From NCBI RefSeq assembly GCF_012570145.1, contig NZ_CP046206.1, forward strand, positions 2,324 through 34,323: a DNA stretch of 32,000 bases, read 5' to 3'. The DNA comes from Enterobacteriaceae endosymbiont of Donacia provostii (lineage in GTDB: Bacteria > Pseudomonadota > Gammaproteobacteria > Enterobacterales > Enterobacteriaceae). Position 1 is the first letter of the stretch. Each line of letters begins with the position of its first letter. Below the pieces are notes generated by a model, which worked only from the letters and a program-made list of their open reading frames with translations, had not been told where the DNA came from and searched no databases. The translations under genes and the position numbers were made by a program. Shown here piece by piece: positions 11,594 to 20,398 of this stretch.

Positions 11594-12985
11594 ATGAAAA
11601 TCACAACTCGATTTGCACCCAGTCCTACTGGTTATTTACACATAGGAAATGTTCGTACTGCTTTATATTCATGGTTATTTGCTAGAAAACATAATGGTTC
11701 TTTTATTTTACGTATTGAAGATACTGATTTTAAAAGATCTAATAATATTTTTATTAAAAATATTATTGAAACATTAAAATGGTTAAATATTGATTGGGAT
11801 AAAGGTCCATACTTACAAAGTCAAAGATTAAATAGATATAATGATATTATTACATTTTTATTAAAAAGTAAAAACGCATATAAATGTTATTGTTCTAAAG
11901 AAAAAATAAAAAAAAATGAATTATATCAAAGTAATATTAAATATTCTTGTGGATGTAAAAACATTAAAAATATTTCTCAGAAACCTTATGCAGTAAGATT
12001 ATATATTCCTAAAAATAAAAATATTACATTTACAGATACTATTAGAGGAAAAATTACATTTCAAAATAATTTGTTAGAAGATTTTATAATTCAACGTACA
12101 AATGGTATGCCTACATATAATTTTTGTGTAGTAATAGATGATTGGGATATGAAAATAACTCATGTTATTAGAGGTGAAGAACATATTAATAATACTCCAA
12201 AACAAATACATATTATTAATGCTATTGGTGCATCAATACCCTCTTATACTCATGTATCAGTAATTACTGATTTATCAGGTAAAAAAATTTCTAAAAGAAA
12301 TAATAATTTTAATATTTTAAAATATAAAGAAGATGGTTATTTACCTAACGCATTATTAAATTATATTTTACGATTAGGTTGGTCATTTAATAATAAAGAA
12401 ATTTTTTCAATAGAAGAAATGAAAAAATTATTTAATTTAAAAAATTTAAGTAAATCTTCTAGTATTTTTAATATAGAAAAATTAAATTGGTTAAATAAAT
12501 ATTATCTGAATAAATTACCAGAAAAAAATATGGTTGATTTTTTAAAAAATTTTCTTTATAAGAAAAATATTAATTTAAAAAATGGACCTCAAGTTAAAAA
12601 ATTATATAAAATTTTTTATAAAAGATGTAATACATTAAATGAAATAAGTAATTTATGTACAATTTTTTATACAAATCCAAATTATAAAAAAAATTCAGTT
12701 AATAAAAAATATTTAAATAGCGATTCGAAAATAATTTTAAATATATTTTTAAAATATATTTTAAATATAAAAAAATGGTCAATAAATAATATAAATGATA
12801 TTTTTAAAAAAATATTATCTAAATTAGCAATGAATTTTAAAAAGATAGCAATGACTATACGTATATCTATTACTGGTTTGGAAAACACACCCCCTATTAA
12901 TAATATTCTATATTTAATGGGTAAAGAAAAAACTATATATCATATTAAAAATGCAATAAATTTTATTAAATCTAATAATTTATAA
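11594..12985 (+). CDS. gltX: glutamate--tRNA ligase
   Basis: 463 aa. RFAPSPTGYLHIGN.RTALY (HIGH), RIEDTD..R, a Cys cluster CYC...CGC, PTYNF.VVIDD.DM.ITHVIRGEEH and KISKR (KMSKS-like). Confidence 0.96.
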   Translation: MKITTRFAPSPTGYLHIGNVRTALYSWLFARKHNGSFILRIEDTDFKRSNNIFIKNIIETLKWLNIDWDKGPYLQSQRLNRYNDIITFLLKSKNAYKCYCSKEKIKKNELYQSNIKYSCGCKNIKNISQKPYAVRLYIPKNKNITFTDTIRGKITFQNNLLEDFIIQRTNGMPTYNFCVVIDDWDMKITHVIRGEEHINNTPKQIHIINAIGASIPSYTHVSVITDLSGKKISKRNNNFNILKYKEDGYLPNALLNYILRLGWSFNNKEIFSIEEMKKLFNLKNLSKSSSIFNIEKLNWLNKYYLNKLPEKNMVDFLKNFLYKKNINLKNGPQVKKLYKIFYKRCNTLNEISNLCTIFYTNPNYKKNSVNKKYLNSDSKIILNIFLKYILNIKKWSINNINDIFKKILSKLAMNFKKIAMTIRISITGLENTPPINNILYLMGKEKTIYHIKNAINFIKSNNL

Positions 12986-13066
12986 ATTGTATAATATATT
13001 TAAATTAATTATTTATGTATATTTAATTAAATTTAAATAGTTATAAATATAATAATAAAATATGTA

Positions 13067-13387
13067 TTAATTTCTTAACCTAGGTGTTATTAATTGTTTT
13101 TTTATTGATGCAGATAATTCGTCTAATGATGAATTATCTGAATGTTCATTTTCTAATGGTTCTCCTGATAATTGTGCTTCCGCTAAATATGTATGTATAG
13201 GTTGTCCTGTATCATCTTCCATTACTACATGATACCATGGTTTATTGCGTAATGTTATAATTTCAGCAACTTCATCAATTTTAGGATCATGTAAAGAATA
13301 TTCAGGATCAACATCGACTATAACTCCTAAAAAACCTAATAACTTATGTCTTACTTGTTGACCAATACCAAATTTACTGGTAATCAT
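13067..13387 (-). CDS. hspQ: heat-shock protein HspQ (YccV, hemimethylated-DNA-binding domain family)
   Basis: 106 aa, highly similar along its full length to E. coli HspQ ([24 protein letters not shown] ... [22 protein letters not shown] ... DEL...I.KQL..PRLRN). Confidence 0.93.
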   Translation of the reverse strand: MITSKFGIGQQVRHKLLGFLGVIVDVDPEYSLHDPKIDEVAEIITLRNKPWYHVVMEDDTGQPIHTYLAEAQLSGEPLENEHSDNSSLDELSASIKKQLITPRLRN

Positions 13388-13605
13388 TATAAGAACCTTC
13401 TTAAGGTATATTAAAGTTTTAATAATAATTATATAATAAATTTTTTATAAATTAAATATTATTTTAAAGTTAAATATATAAAATTTTATATCTTATATTT
13501 AATTGAATTTTTTCGTAATATAACATAATATTTATATATTATAATAATTATTTAAAAAGTATTTTTAATAAAAAATTAAAATTTTATTGTAAATAAAATA
13601 AATAT

Positions 13606-14682
13606 ATGAGACCAATTACAGTAATTATTAATACTAATGCATTAAAAAATAATTTAAAAATAATAAAAAATATCACACTTAATTCTAAAATTTGGTCTGT
13701 TTTAAAATCAGATGCTTACGGACATGGTATTAAAAATATATATCCATTTATTAATGATAATAGTGATGGTTTTGCTGTTTTAACATTAGATGAAGCTATT
13801 TATTTAAGAACAAAAGGGTGTAATAAACCAATTTTATTATTAGAAGGTTTTTTTAGTGAAAAAGAATTATTTTTGATCTATAAATATTATTTAACTATTA
13901 CTATACATAGTAAATGGCAAATAAATGCATTAATAAAATATAGATCATATTGTCCTATTAATATTTATATTAAAATAAATAGCGGTATGAATAGATTAGG
14001 ATTTGATACAAAAAAAATTTTAAAAATAATTAATTTTATTAAAAATAATATCAATGTTTCTAAAATAAGTTTAATGACTCATTTTTCAGAAGCAACAATT
14101 AATTCTTATATGATAAAAAAACAAATAACAAAAATAAAAAAATCCATTAAAAATTATAATACTTTTTCATGTTCATTTGCTAATTCTGCTGCATTATTAT
14201 GGCATAAATATAGTCATTATAATTGGATTAGAACAGGTATTATTTTATATGGTGCTTCTCCAACTGGTAAATGGAAAGATATTAAAGATAAAAAAATTCA
14301 ACCAGTAATGACATTAAAAAGTAAAATTATATCTATACAAAAAATATATCCTGGAGATATTGTTGGTTATAATTGTGGATATTATTCAAATCAAAAACGC
14401 AGAATTGGAATTATAGCATGTGGTTATGCTGATGGTTATCCTAGAAATATAAATGATAAAACATTTGTTTTTATTAAAGGTATTAAAACAAAAATATTAG
14501 GTACTGTTTCTATGGACATGATAGCTATAGATTTATTAAATATTCCAAAAGCAAAAATAGGTAGTTCAGTGGAACTATGGGGTAATAATATTAAAATAGA
14601 TGATGTAGCTAAATCAGCTAATACTATTGGTTATGAATTAATGTGTTCAGTATCAAAAAGAGTTCCTAGAATTTTAAAATAA
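13606..14682 (+). CDS. alr: alanine racemase
   Basis: 358 aa. PLP-Lys motif VLKSDAYGHG, plus NSGMNRLGF, R.GI.LYG.SP, GY....Y, GYADGYPR, GTVSMDM and GYEL.C. Confidence 0.93.
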   Translation: MRPITVIINTNALKNNLKIIKNITLNSKIWSVLKSDAYGHGIKNIYPFINDNSDGFAVLTLDEAIYLRTKGCNKPILLLEGFFSEKELFLIYKYYLTITIHSKWQINALIKYRSYCPINIYIKINSGMNRLGFDTKKILKIINFIKNNINVSKISLMTHFSEATINSYMIKKQITKIKKSIKNYNTFSCSFANSAALLWHKYSHYNWIRTGIILYGASPTGKWKDIKDKKIQPVMTLKSKIISIQKIYPGDIVGYNCGYYSNQKRRIGIIACGYADGYPRNINDKTFVFIKGIKTKILGTVSMDMIAIDLLNIPKAKIGSSVELWGNNIKIDDVAKSANTIGYELMCSVSKRVPRILK

Positions 14683-14706
14683 ATTTATGTATTTAAAATA
14701 AACATT

Positions 14707-16329
14707 TTATTTTATAATATTTTTTATATTTTTTATATCTATTCTAGAAAATAATAATTTAAATTTATTAATTTTATGATCTATTAAAGGTTTTTTTATA
14801 TTTTGAAAACATAATTTATAATTTAAAAATGATTCAGTTTTTTTAGATAAAACTGGCATAATTGGTTTTAAATAAGTTATAATTACACGAAACATATTAA
14901 TACCCATAGAACAAATATTTTGAACTTTTTGTTTATCATTATTTATTAATAACCAAGGTTTATATTTATCAATATAAGAATTAGCTATATCTGACAAAAT
15001 TATGATTTGTTTAATAACATGACTATATTTACGTTTAAAAAAATAATCATGAATAATTTCAGATTTTTTAATAAATTTTAAATATAATAAAAAATTAATA
15101 TTTTCAGATAAATTATTACTAAAATAATTATTAATAAAATATGCATTTCTTGAAGCTAAATTAACAATTTTATTAACAATATCACTATTAATTTTAAATA
15201 CAAAATCATTAATATTTAAATCAATATCATTGATATGAGATGATAATTTAGAAGCATAATAATAACGTAAACTATCAGAATCTGAAAATTTTAACCATTT
15301 TTGAGCAGTAATAAAATTACCTTTAGATTTAGACATTTTATATCCATTTAATGTTAAATGACCATGAACAAATAATTTAGTAGGTTTTCTAAAATTTATA
15401 CCTTCTAAAATAGCAGGCCAAAATAAACTATGAAAATAAATTATATCTTTTCCAATAAAATGATATAATTTCGTATTAGATTCTTTTTTCCACCATTGGT
15501 AAAAATTTAATTTTGGATTTTTATCACATAAATTTTTAAAAGTACTGATATATCCTATAGGAGCATCTAACCAAACATAAAAATATTTATTAATAGTTTT
15601 AGGTATTTTAAAACCAAAATATGGACCATCTCTAGTAATATCCCATTGTTTTAAACCTAAAAAAAACCATTCTTGAATTTTATTTTTAATATTATAATCT
15701 AGTACATCAGAATTAATCCAAGATTTTAAAAAACCATAAAATTGAGGTAAATCAAAAAAGTAATGTTCAGAATTACATAATATAGGTTTTGTTTTTGACA
15801 AAACAGAAATTGGATTTTTTAATAAAATAGAAGAATAAGTTGTACCACAATTTTCACAATGATCTCCATATTGATCTATAGATTTACAATTAGGACATTC
15901 TCCTTTTATAAACCTATCAGGTAAAAATATATTATATTTAGAATCATATAATTGCTTAATAATTTTTTTTTTTATAAAATTTTTTTTTTTTAAATTATTA
16001 AAAATTAATTTAACAAAAAAAAAATTTTCCATACTATTTGTAGAATGATAGTTATCATGAATAATATGAAAATTTTTAAAATCTAAAATATGTTCATTAT
16101 ATATTTTACTAATGATTTTTTCAGGTTTAATATTGAGTTTTTTAGCTTTTAACATTACTGGAGTACCATGAGCATCATCAGCACAAATAAAATACACTTC
16201 ATGACCAGACATACGATTATATCTAACCCAAATATCTGCTTGTATGTGTTCTAATAAATGACCTAAATGAATACTACCATTAGCATATGGTAATGCACAT
16301 GTAATTAACATTTGTTTTTTTGTAAACAT
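14707..16329 (-). CDS. metG: methionine--tRNA ligase, short form without the C-terminal tRNA-binding/dimerisation domain
   Basis: 540 aa. ALPYANGSIHLGHLLEHIQADIWVRY (HIGH-type), zinc knuckle CPNCKS..QYGDHCENCG, KMSKS and YVWLDAPIGY. Confidence 0.95.
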   Translation of the reverse strand: MFTKKQMLITCALPYANGSIHLGHLLEHIQADIWVRYNRMSGHEVYFICADDAHGTPVMLKAKKLNIKPEKIISKIYNEHILDFKNFHIIHDNYHSTNSMENFFFVKLIFNNLKKKNFIKKKIIKQLYDSKYNIFLPDRFIKGECPNCKSIDQYGDHCENCGTTYSSILLKNPISVLSKTKPILCNSEHYFFDLPQFYGFLKSWINSDVLDYNIKNKIQEWFFLGLKQWDITRDGPYFGFKIPKTINKYFYVWLDAPIGYISTFKNLCDKNPKLNFYQWWKKESNTKLYHFIGKDIIYFHSLFWPAILEGINFRKPTKLFVHGHLTLNGYKMSKSKGNFITAQKWLKFSDSDSLRYYYASKLSSHINDIDLNINDFVFKINSDIVNKIVNLASRNAYFINNYFSNNLSENINFLLYLKFIKKSEIIHDYFFKRKYSHVIKQIIILSDIANSYIDKYKPWLLINNDKQKVQNICSMGINMFRVIITYLKPIMPVLSKKTESFLNYKLCFQNIKKPLIDHKINKFKLLFSRIDIKNIKNIIK

Positions 16330-16365
16330 AAAATTTTATATATTTTAATATAAATTAAAATTATT

Positions 16366-16887
16366 TTAATTAAAAAATCTAATTATAGTATTATTACAAA
16401 TAGGATACAATAAATATATAGAAAATATTAAATATAAATAACAAAAAATATCTTCTTTAAGAAATTTATTATTAATAAGTGGTAATTTAAATTTCTTTTT
16501 ATATGGCCAAAATAATGGAACTCCTAAAGGAGTTAATATATCTGCTATAATATGACTAAAATAACCTATAATTAAACCTAATTTCATATCAATTAAATGT
16601 ATTAAATTTATATTTATTAAATAAATTAAAAAACTAAATATTAATATAGATAATAAACTATGTGTAAATCCTCTATGTCCAAATAATTTATTAATTAAAT
16701 ATGATAAAATTTTAATTTTACGTCCTAATATGGATTTAGGATTATCAATATCAGGTAATAAACATGTAATAATAGAAGCTGGTATTATACGCCACCAATC
16801 ATCATGAAACATTATATTAGAAAAAATAAAATGTTGTATTAAAATACTACTAGAAATAGCAAATATTATATGACCTTTAACTGTCAT
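16366..16887 (-). CDS. ydjM: YdjM-family inner-membrane putative metal-dependent hydrolase
   Basis: 173 aa, multi-TM, collinear with E. coli YdjM (M...GH..F.I, DWW.I.P...TCLLPDID.PKS.LG, FGHRGFTHSLL, GY.SHI.AD.LTP.GVP..WP). AAGG Shine-Dalgarno 7 nt upstream. Confidence 0.82.
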   Translation of the reverse strand: MTVKGHIIFAISSSILIQHFIFSNIMFHDDWWRIIPASIITCLLPDIDNPKSILGRKIKILSYLINKLFGHRGFTHSLLSILIFSFLIYLININLIHLIDMKLGLIIGYFSHIIADILTPLGVPLFWPYKKKFKLPLINNKFLKEDIFCYLYLIFSIYLLYPICNNTIIRFFN

Positions 16888-16900
16888 GTTAACCTTTATA

Positions 16901-18829
16901 TTAAATTATTTTAACTAAAATATTATTAATATTAATTTTTTTAATTATGACATTAATTTTATCAGAAATTTTATATAAAAATTTATTCTTAATAAGAATA
17001 ATACCCTTTTCGGGATTAATATTAGTATTACATAAAAATTTTTTAGGAACAAAAGCATATGCCCCATTTTTAATTAATCTTACCTTTATACCTAAAAAAG
17101 ATATATCAATAATTTCAGAAAGAAAAATTTTATTATTAATTGAAATATTTTGAAAATATTTAAAATATAAAAAATTAGATATTTCTTTTTTTGCTTGTTT
17201 ATTTAAAAAACGTTTATGATTCATTTCAATATGAATATTATTTAATGAATCGTCTATTATAAAGTTTTTTTTATAAATAACAGATTTAATTAATCTGTGA
17301 TTAATCATATCTCCAAATTTACGTATAGGGGAAGTCCATGTTGCATATCTTTTTAATCCTAAAGCAAAATGAGGTCCTGGTTTTATACTAAAAAAAGAAA
17401 TTAATTGATATTTTTTAATTTTATTTAAAATAAATAATAAATTTAATTTTTTTAATTTACGAAAAATATTTTTATATCCCTCTGAAGTCATTAAATATGA
17501 TGAATTATATTTAATATTATATTCTTTTAATAATTTTATTATTTTATTTATCTTATGTATGTTAAAACCATAATAAACATTATATATACCAAAATTTAAT
17601 TTGTGATATAAAAATTCAGATGCACATATATTAGCTGTAATCATAATATTTTCAATCATTTTATGAGCTATTCTTTTCTTTTCAAAAACTATATCTGTTA
17701 TATTACCTTTTTTACCAAAAATAAATTTATAATCAATGTTACTAAAATTTGTAGTATTTTTACTATTCCATTTTTTACGATAAATATAAAATTTATATAA
17801 AAAAAGTATTTGATTTGCTATTTCATGATTATCTGGTATCCATTTACCTATTTTTTCTATCCAATTAGAAACATTTTCATAGTTTAATTTTGCATGAGAT
17901 TTAATCCATCCAGTAAAAAAAATTATTTTTTTAGATAAAGAACCATTTTTATGAATTATCATTTTACAAATTAAAACTGGTCTTTTTTTTTGCGGATTTA
18001 AAGAACATAAATTTTCTGATAAAATTTTTGGTAATAAAGGAATAGTTAACCCAGGTAAATAAGTTGTAAATATTCTTTCAGAAGCTATTTTATTTATTAT
18101 ACTATTTTGATCAATATATGAAGTAGGATCTGCTATAGCTACATAAATTAATAATTTTTTATCAGATATTTCTTCTATATAAAATGCATCATCTATATCC
18201 TTAGTATCTTTATTATCTATAGTAATAAAACATAACTTAGTTAAATCTTTTCTATATTTTTTTTTATCTAAAAATTTTATTTCTTTACATAAAGAATTAC
18301 TAGGAGAATCTATAGATAAATTATATTTAAGTAATATATTCCACCATGGTAATAAATATTGATTATTTACAGTTAAAAAATTTGTTATTTCAGCTGTAAA
18401 AATATTTTCTCCCTTATTTAAGGGATGTTTTGTAATCTTAGCGAATACTTCATCATCATTTTTTAAATTTTTTATAAAATTTTTTTTTATAGAACATTGA
18501 ATTATATTTGCATATAAAATTTTTTCTTTTGGAATTATATAAATAATATTGTTTTTTATTTTTATTTTTCCTTGAAAAATACTAATATTAGACTTTATTA
18601 ATTTTATTGGTATAACTTTTATTAAATTATTAACATCATTTTGAGCTAATATATAATCTCCTTCCATTACATATGTTAAATATGTATCAAGAATATGATA
18701 TATATAATTTTTATTTGTTTCTAAAATAACTAATTTTTTATTTAAAAATTTAACATAACCCTTAATAATAGGTAAATTTTTTGTAAATTTTTTTTTTAAT
18801 TGTAAAAGTAATTTATTATTATAAAACAT
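16901..18829 (-). CDS. rnb: exoribonuclease II
   Basis: 642 aa, same length class as E. coli RNase II and collinear with it (MF....LL.QLK, ITID...T.DIDDA, VAIADPT, T.YLPG..IPLLP..LS..LCSL, GIYNV..GF, PGPHF.LGL..YATWTSPIRK.GDMINHRL.K, C-terminal S1 domain). Confidence 0.93.
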   Translation of the reverse strand: MFYNNKLLLQLKKKFTKNLPIIKGYVKFLNKKLVILETNKNYIYHILDTYLTYVMEGDYILAQNDVNNLIKVIPIKLIKSNISIFQGKIKIKNNIIYIIPKEKILYANIIQCSIKKNFIKNLKNDDEVFAKITKHPLNKGENIFTAEITNFLTVNNQYLLPWWNILLKYNLSIDSPSNSLCKEIKFLDKKKYRKDLTKLCFITIDNKDTKDIDDAFYIEEISDKKLLIYVAIADPTSYIDQNSIINKIASERIFTTYLPGLTIPLLPKILSENLCSLNPQKKRPVLICKMIIHKNGSLSKKIIFFTGWIKSHAKLNYENVSNWIEKIGKWIPDNHEIANQILFLYKFYIYRKKWNSKNTTNFSNIDYKFIFGKKGNITDIVFEKKRIAHKMIENIMITANICASEFLYHKLNFGIYNVYYGFNIHKINKIIKLLKEYNIKYNSSYLMTSEGYKNIFRKLKKLNLLFILNKIKKYQLISFFSIKPGPHFALGLKRYATWTSPIRKFGDMINHRLIKSVIYKKNFIIDDSLNNIHIEMNHKRFLNKQAKKEISNFLYFKYFQNISINNKIFLSEIIDISFLGIKVRLIKNGAYAFVPKKFLCNTNINPEKGIILIKNKFLYKISDKINVIIKKININNILVKII

Positions 18830-18854
18830 AAATAAAATTTTAATTTTTTAAAAA

Positions 18855-19370
18855 TTAAAATGGAATATCATCTTCAAAATCAAGAATATTTTCATTCTCT
18901 TTAAGAGATAATTCTTTATTATCTTTTTCTATATTAGAAGTATGTAAATTTTTATTCCAAATTTTTTTATCTTTTATAACATTTTTTTCCTTATTTAAAG
19001 AAATATTATCATTATTACGAATACTATTTAATATTTGCATAGTACCTCCTATACTTACAATAATTTCAGTAATATAATTATCTTGTCCATTTTGATTTTG
19101 CCATTTTCTAGTTTGTAAATATCCTTCAATATATACTTGAGAACCTTTTTTTAAATATTCATTAGAGATTTCTGCTAATTTTCCAAAAATTACTATTCTA
19201 TGCCATTCAGTTTTTTCTTTATTTTCTCCTGTATTTTTATCTTTCCAATTATCTGAAGTTGCTACTATAATATTTACAACAGGATTACCATTAGGCATAT
19301 AACGCATTTCAGGATCTTTACCTAAAAAACCTATTATAATAACTTTATTTATACCTCTTTTACTAGCCAC
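18855..19370 (-). CDS. ssb: single-stranded DNA-binding protein (GTG start)
   Basis: 171 aa. MAS.RG.NKVI..G.LG.DPE.RYMPNG, TEWHR.V.FGKLAE...[17 protein letters not shown] and the acidic tip DFEDDIPF. The start codon is GTG, preceded by AGGA. Confidence 0.95.
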   Translation of the reverse strand: MASKRGINKVIIIGFLGKDPEMRYMPNGNPVVNIIVATSDNWKDKNTGENKEKTEWHRIVIFGKLAEISNEYLKKGSQVYIEGYLQTRKWQNQNGQDNYITEIIVSIGGTMQILNSIRNNDNISLNKEKNVIKDKKIWNKNLHTSNIEKDNKELSLKENENILDFEDDIPF

Positions 19371-19449
19371 GTTTTATCCTTTTAATTTAAAATTCATAAA
19401 TTACTAATTTATTTTTTTATTATATAAAAAAAAATAAAAAAAATATAAA

Positions 19450-20331
19450 TTATTTTTTAAATAAATTTTCAATAATACAACGTAATTTTTTCATTGCATT
19501 TTTTTCTAATTGTCTAATACGTTCTGCTGATATACCATAATATCTTGCTAATTCTTGTAATGTAATTTTTTTTTTTTTTTTATTTAACCATCTAAGATTT
19601 ATAATATTACGACTACGATAATCTAATTTTGAAAGTGCTTTATATAATTTGTTTGAAAGAAATTTATTCCAATTATCTTTTTCAATAATATTAGCAAAAT
19701 TAGAATTATGATCTTTTAAAAAAAAATTTGTATTTAAATTTTTATTTTTTGAATAATTTTTAATATTAGAATCATCATTCATATCTTGTGCTGACATACG
19801 TGTTTCCATTTCACAAACATCTTTAATTGAAACTCCTAATTTTTTAGCAACTATATAAATTTCATTTTTATTAAACCAACCTAATTTTTGTTTAGCTTTA
19901 CGTAAATTAAAAAATAATTTTCTTTGAGCTTTCGTAGTTGCTACTTTTACTATACGCCAATTACGTAAAACATATTCATGTATTTCTGCTTTTATCCAAT
20001 GAATAGCAAATGATACTAAACGAACACCTTTTTCGGGATTAAATCTACGTACTGCTTTCATTAAACCTATATTACCTTCTTGAATTAGATCTGCCTGTTG
20101 CAAACCATATCCAGAATAATATTTAGCTACATGAATAACAAATCTTAAATGTGATAAAATTAATTTTTTAGCTGCTTCTAAATCACCTTTATAATATAAT
20201 TTTTTAGATAATTCTTTTTCTTCTTTAAAAGTTAATATTGGATAATTATTAGTATTATAAATATAAGAATCTAATGTTCCTACAATTAGATTAGATAATC
20301 TTAAATTAGAGGTAAATATATTTTTATACAT
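19450..20331 (-). CDS. rpoH: RNA polymerase sigma-32 (heat-shock sigma factor). The ATG at 20331 is preferred over the TTG at 20343 used by the ORF track
   Basis: Collinear with E. coli RpoH ([83 protein letters not shown] RpoH box, [23 protein letters not shown]). A perfect GGAGG lies 5 nt upstream of the ATG at 20331. Confidence 0.95.
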   Translation of the reverse strand: MYKNIFTSNLRLSNLIVGTLDSYIYNTNNYPILTFKEEKELSKKLYYKGDLEAAKKLILSHLRFVIHVAKYYSGYGLQQADLIQEGNIGLMKAVRRFNPEKGVRLVSFAIHWIKAEIHEYVLRNWRIVKVATTKAQRKLFFNLRKAKQKLGWFNKNEIYIVAKKLGVSIKDVCEMETRMSAQDMNDDSNIKNYSKNKNLNTNFFLKDHNSNFANIIEKDNWNKFLSNKLYKALSKLDYRSRNIINLRWLNKKKKKITLQELARYYGISAERIRQLEKNAMKKLRCIIENLFKK

Positions 20332-20398
20332 TACATCCTCCAAAAATAAATATGATTAGTATGATTTTAATTAATAAAATTTTTTTTAAAACAACTAA

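Noticed and set aside
12682-12888. 68-aa antisense ORF inside gltX, and similar ones at 16947-17153 (in rnb), 25386-25625 (in alaS) and 26252-26476 (across csrA and the tRNA promoter)
   Set aside because: Each is fully embedded antisense in a gene with strong homology support. They are Phe/Ile/Leu/Lys-rich with no SD. AT-rich genomes generate such frames by chance because stop codons on the complementary strand are depleted opposite Lys/Asn/Ile-rich coding.
13067-13387. Higher-GC patches (hspQ, mreB, csrA, recA, dnaB, rRNA/tRNA) as possible horizontally acquired islands
   Set aside because: Each patch coincides exactly with a highly conserved core gene or stable RNA and sits in conserved enterobacterial synteny. 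No flanking repeats, integrases or tRNA-adjacent junction scars are present. Stronger purifying selection resisting AT drift explains them.
13386-13402. Possible RNA thermometer at the hspQ ribosome-binding site (mRNA ACCUU-AAG-AAGGU hairpin covering the SD)
   Set aside because: It has only a 5-bp stem with a 3-nt loop, which is sterically marginal and indistinguishable from chance. There are no flanking structured elements.
14683-14706. All-A/T hairpins as terminators: TAAAATAAA-CAT-TTTATTTTA between alr and metG, ATAAATTT-GAA-AAATTTAT at about 26676-26694, and AATTAATATTAATT after tRNA-Arg
   Set aside because: Stems of 8-9 A:T pairs are very weak and are expected frequently by chance at this composition. 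They are not reported as features.
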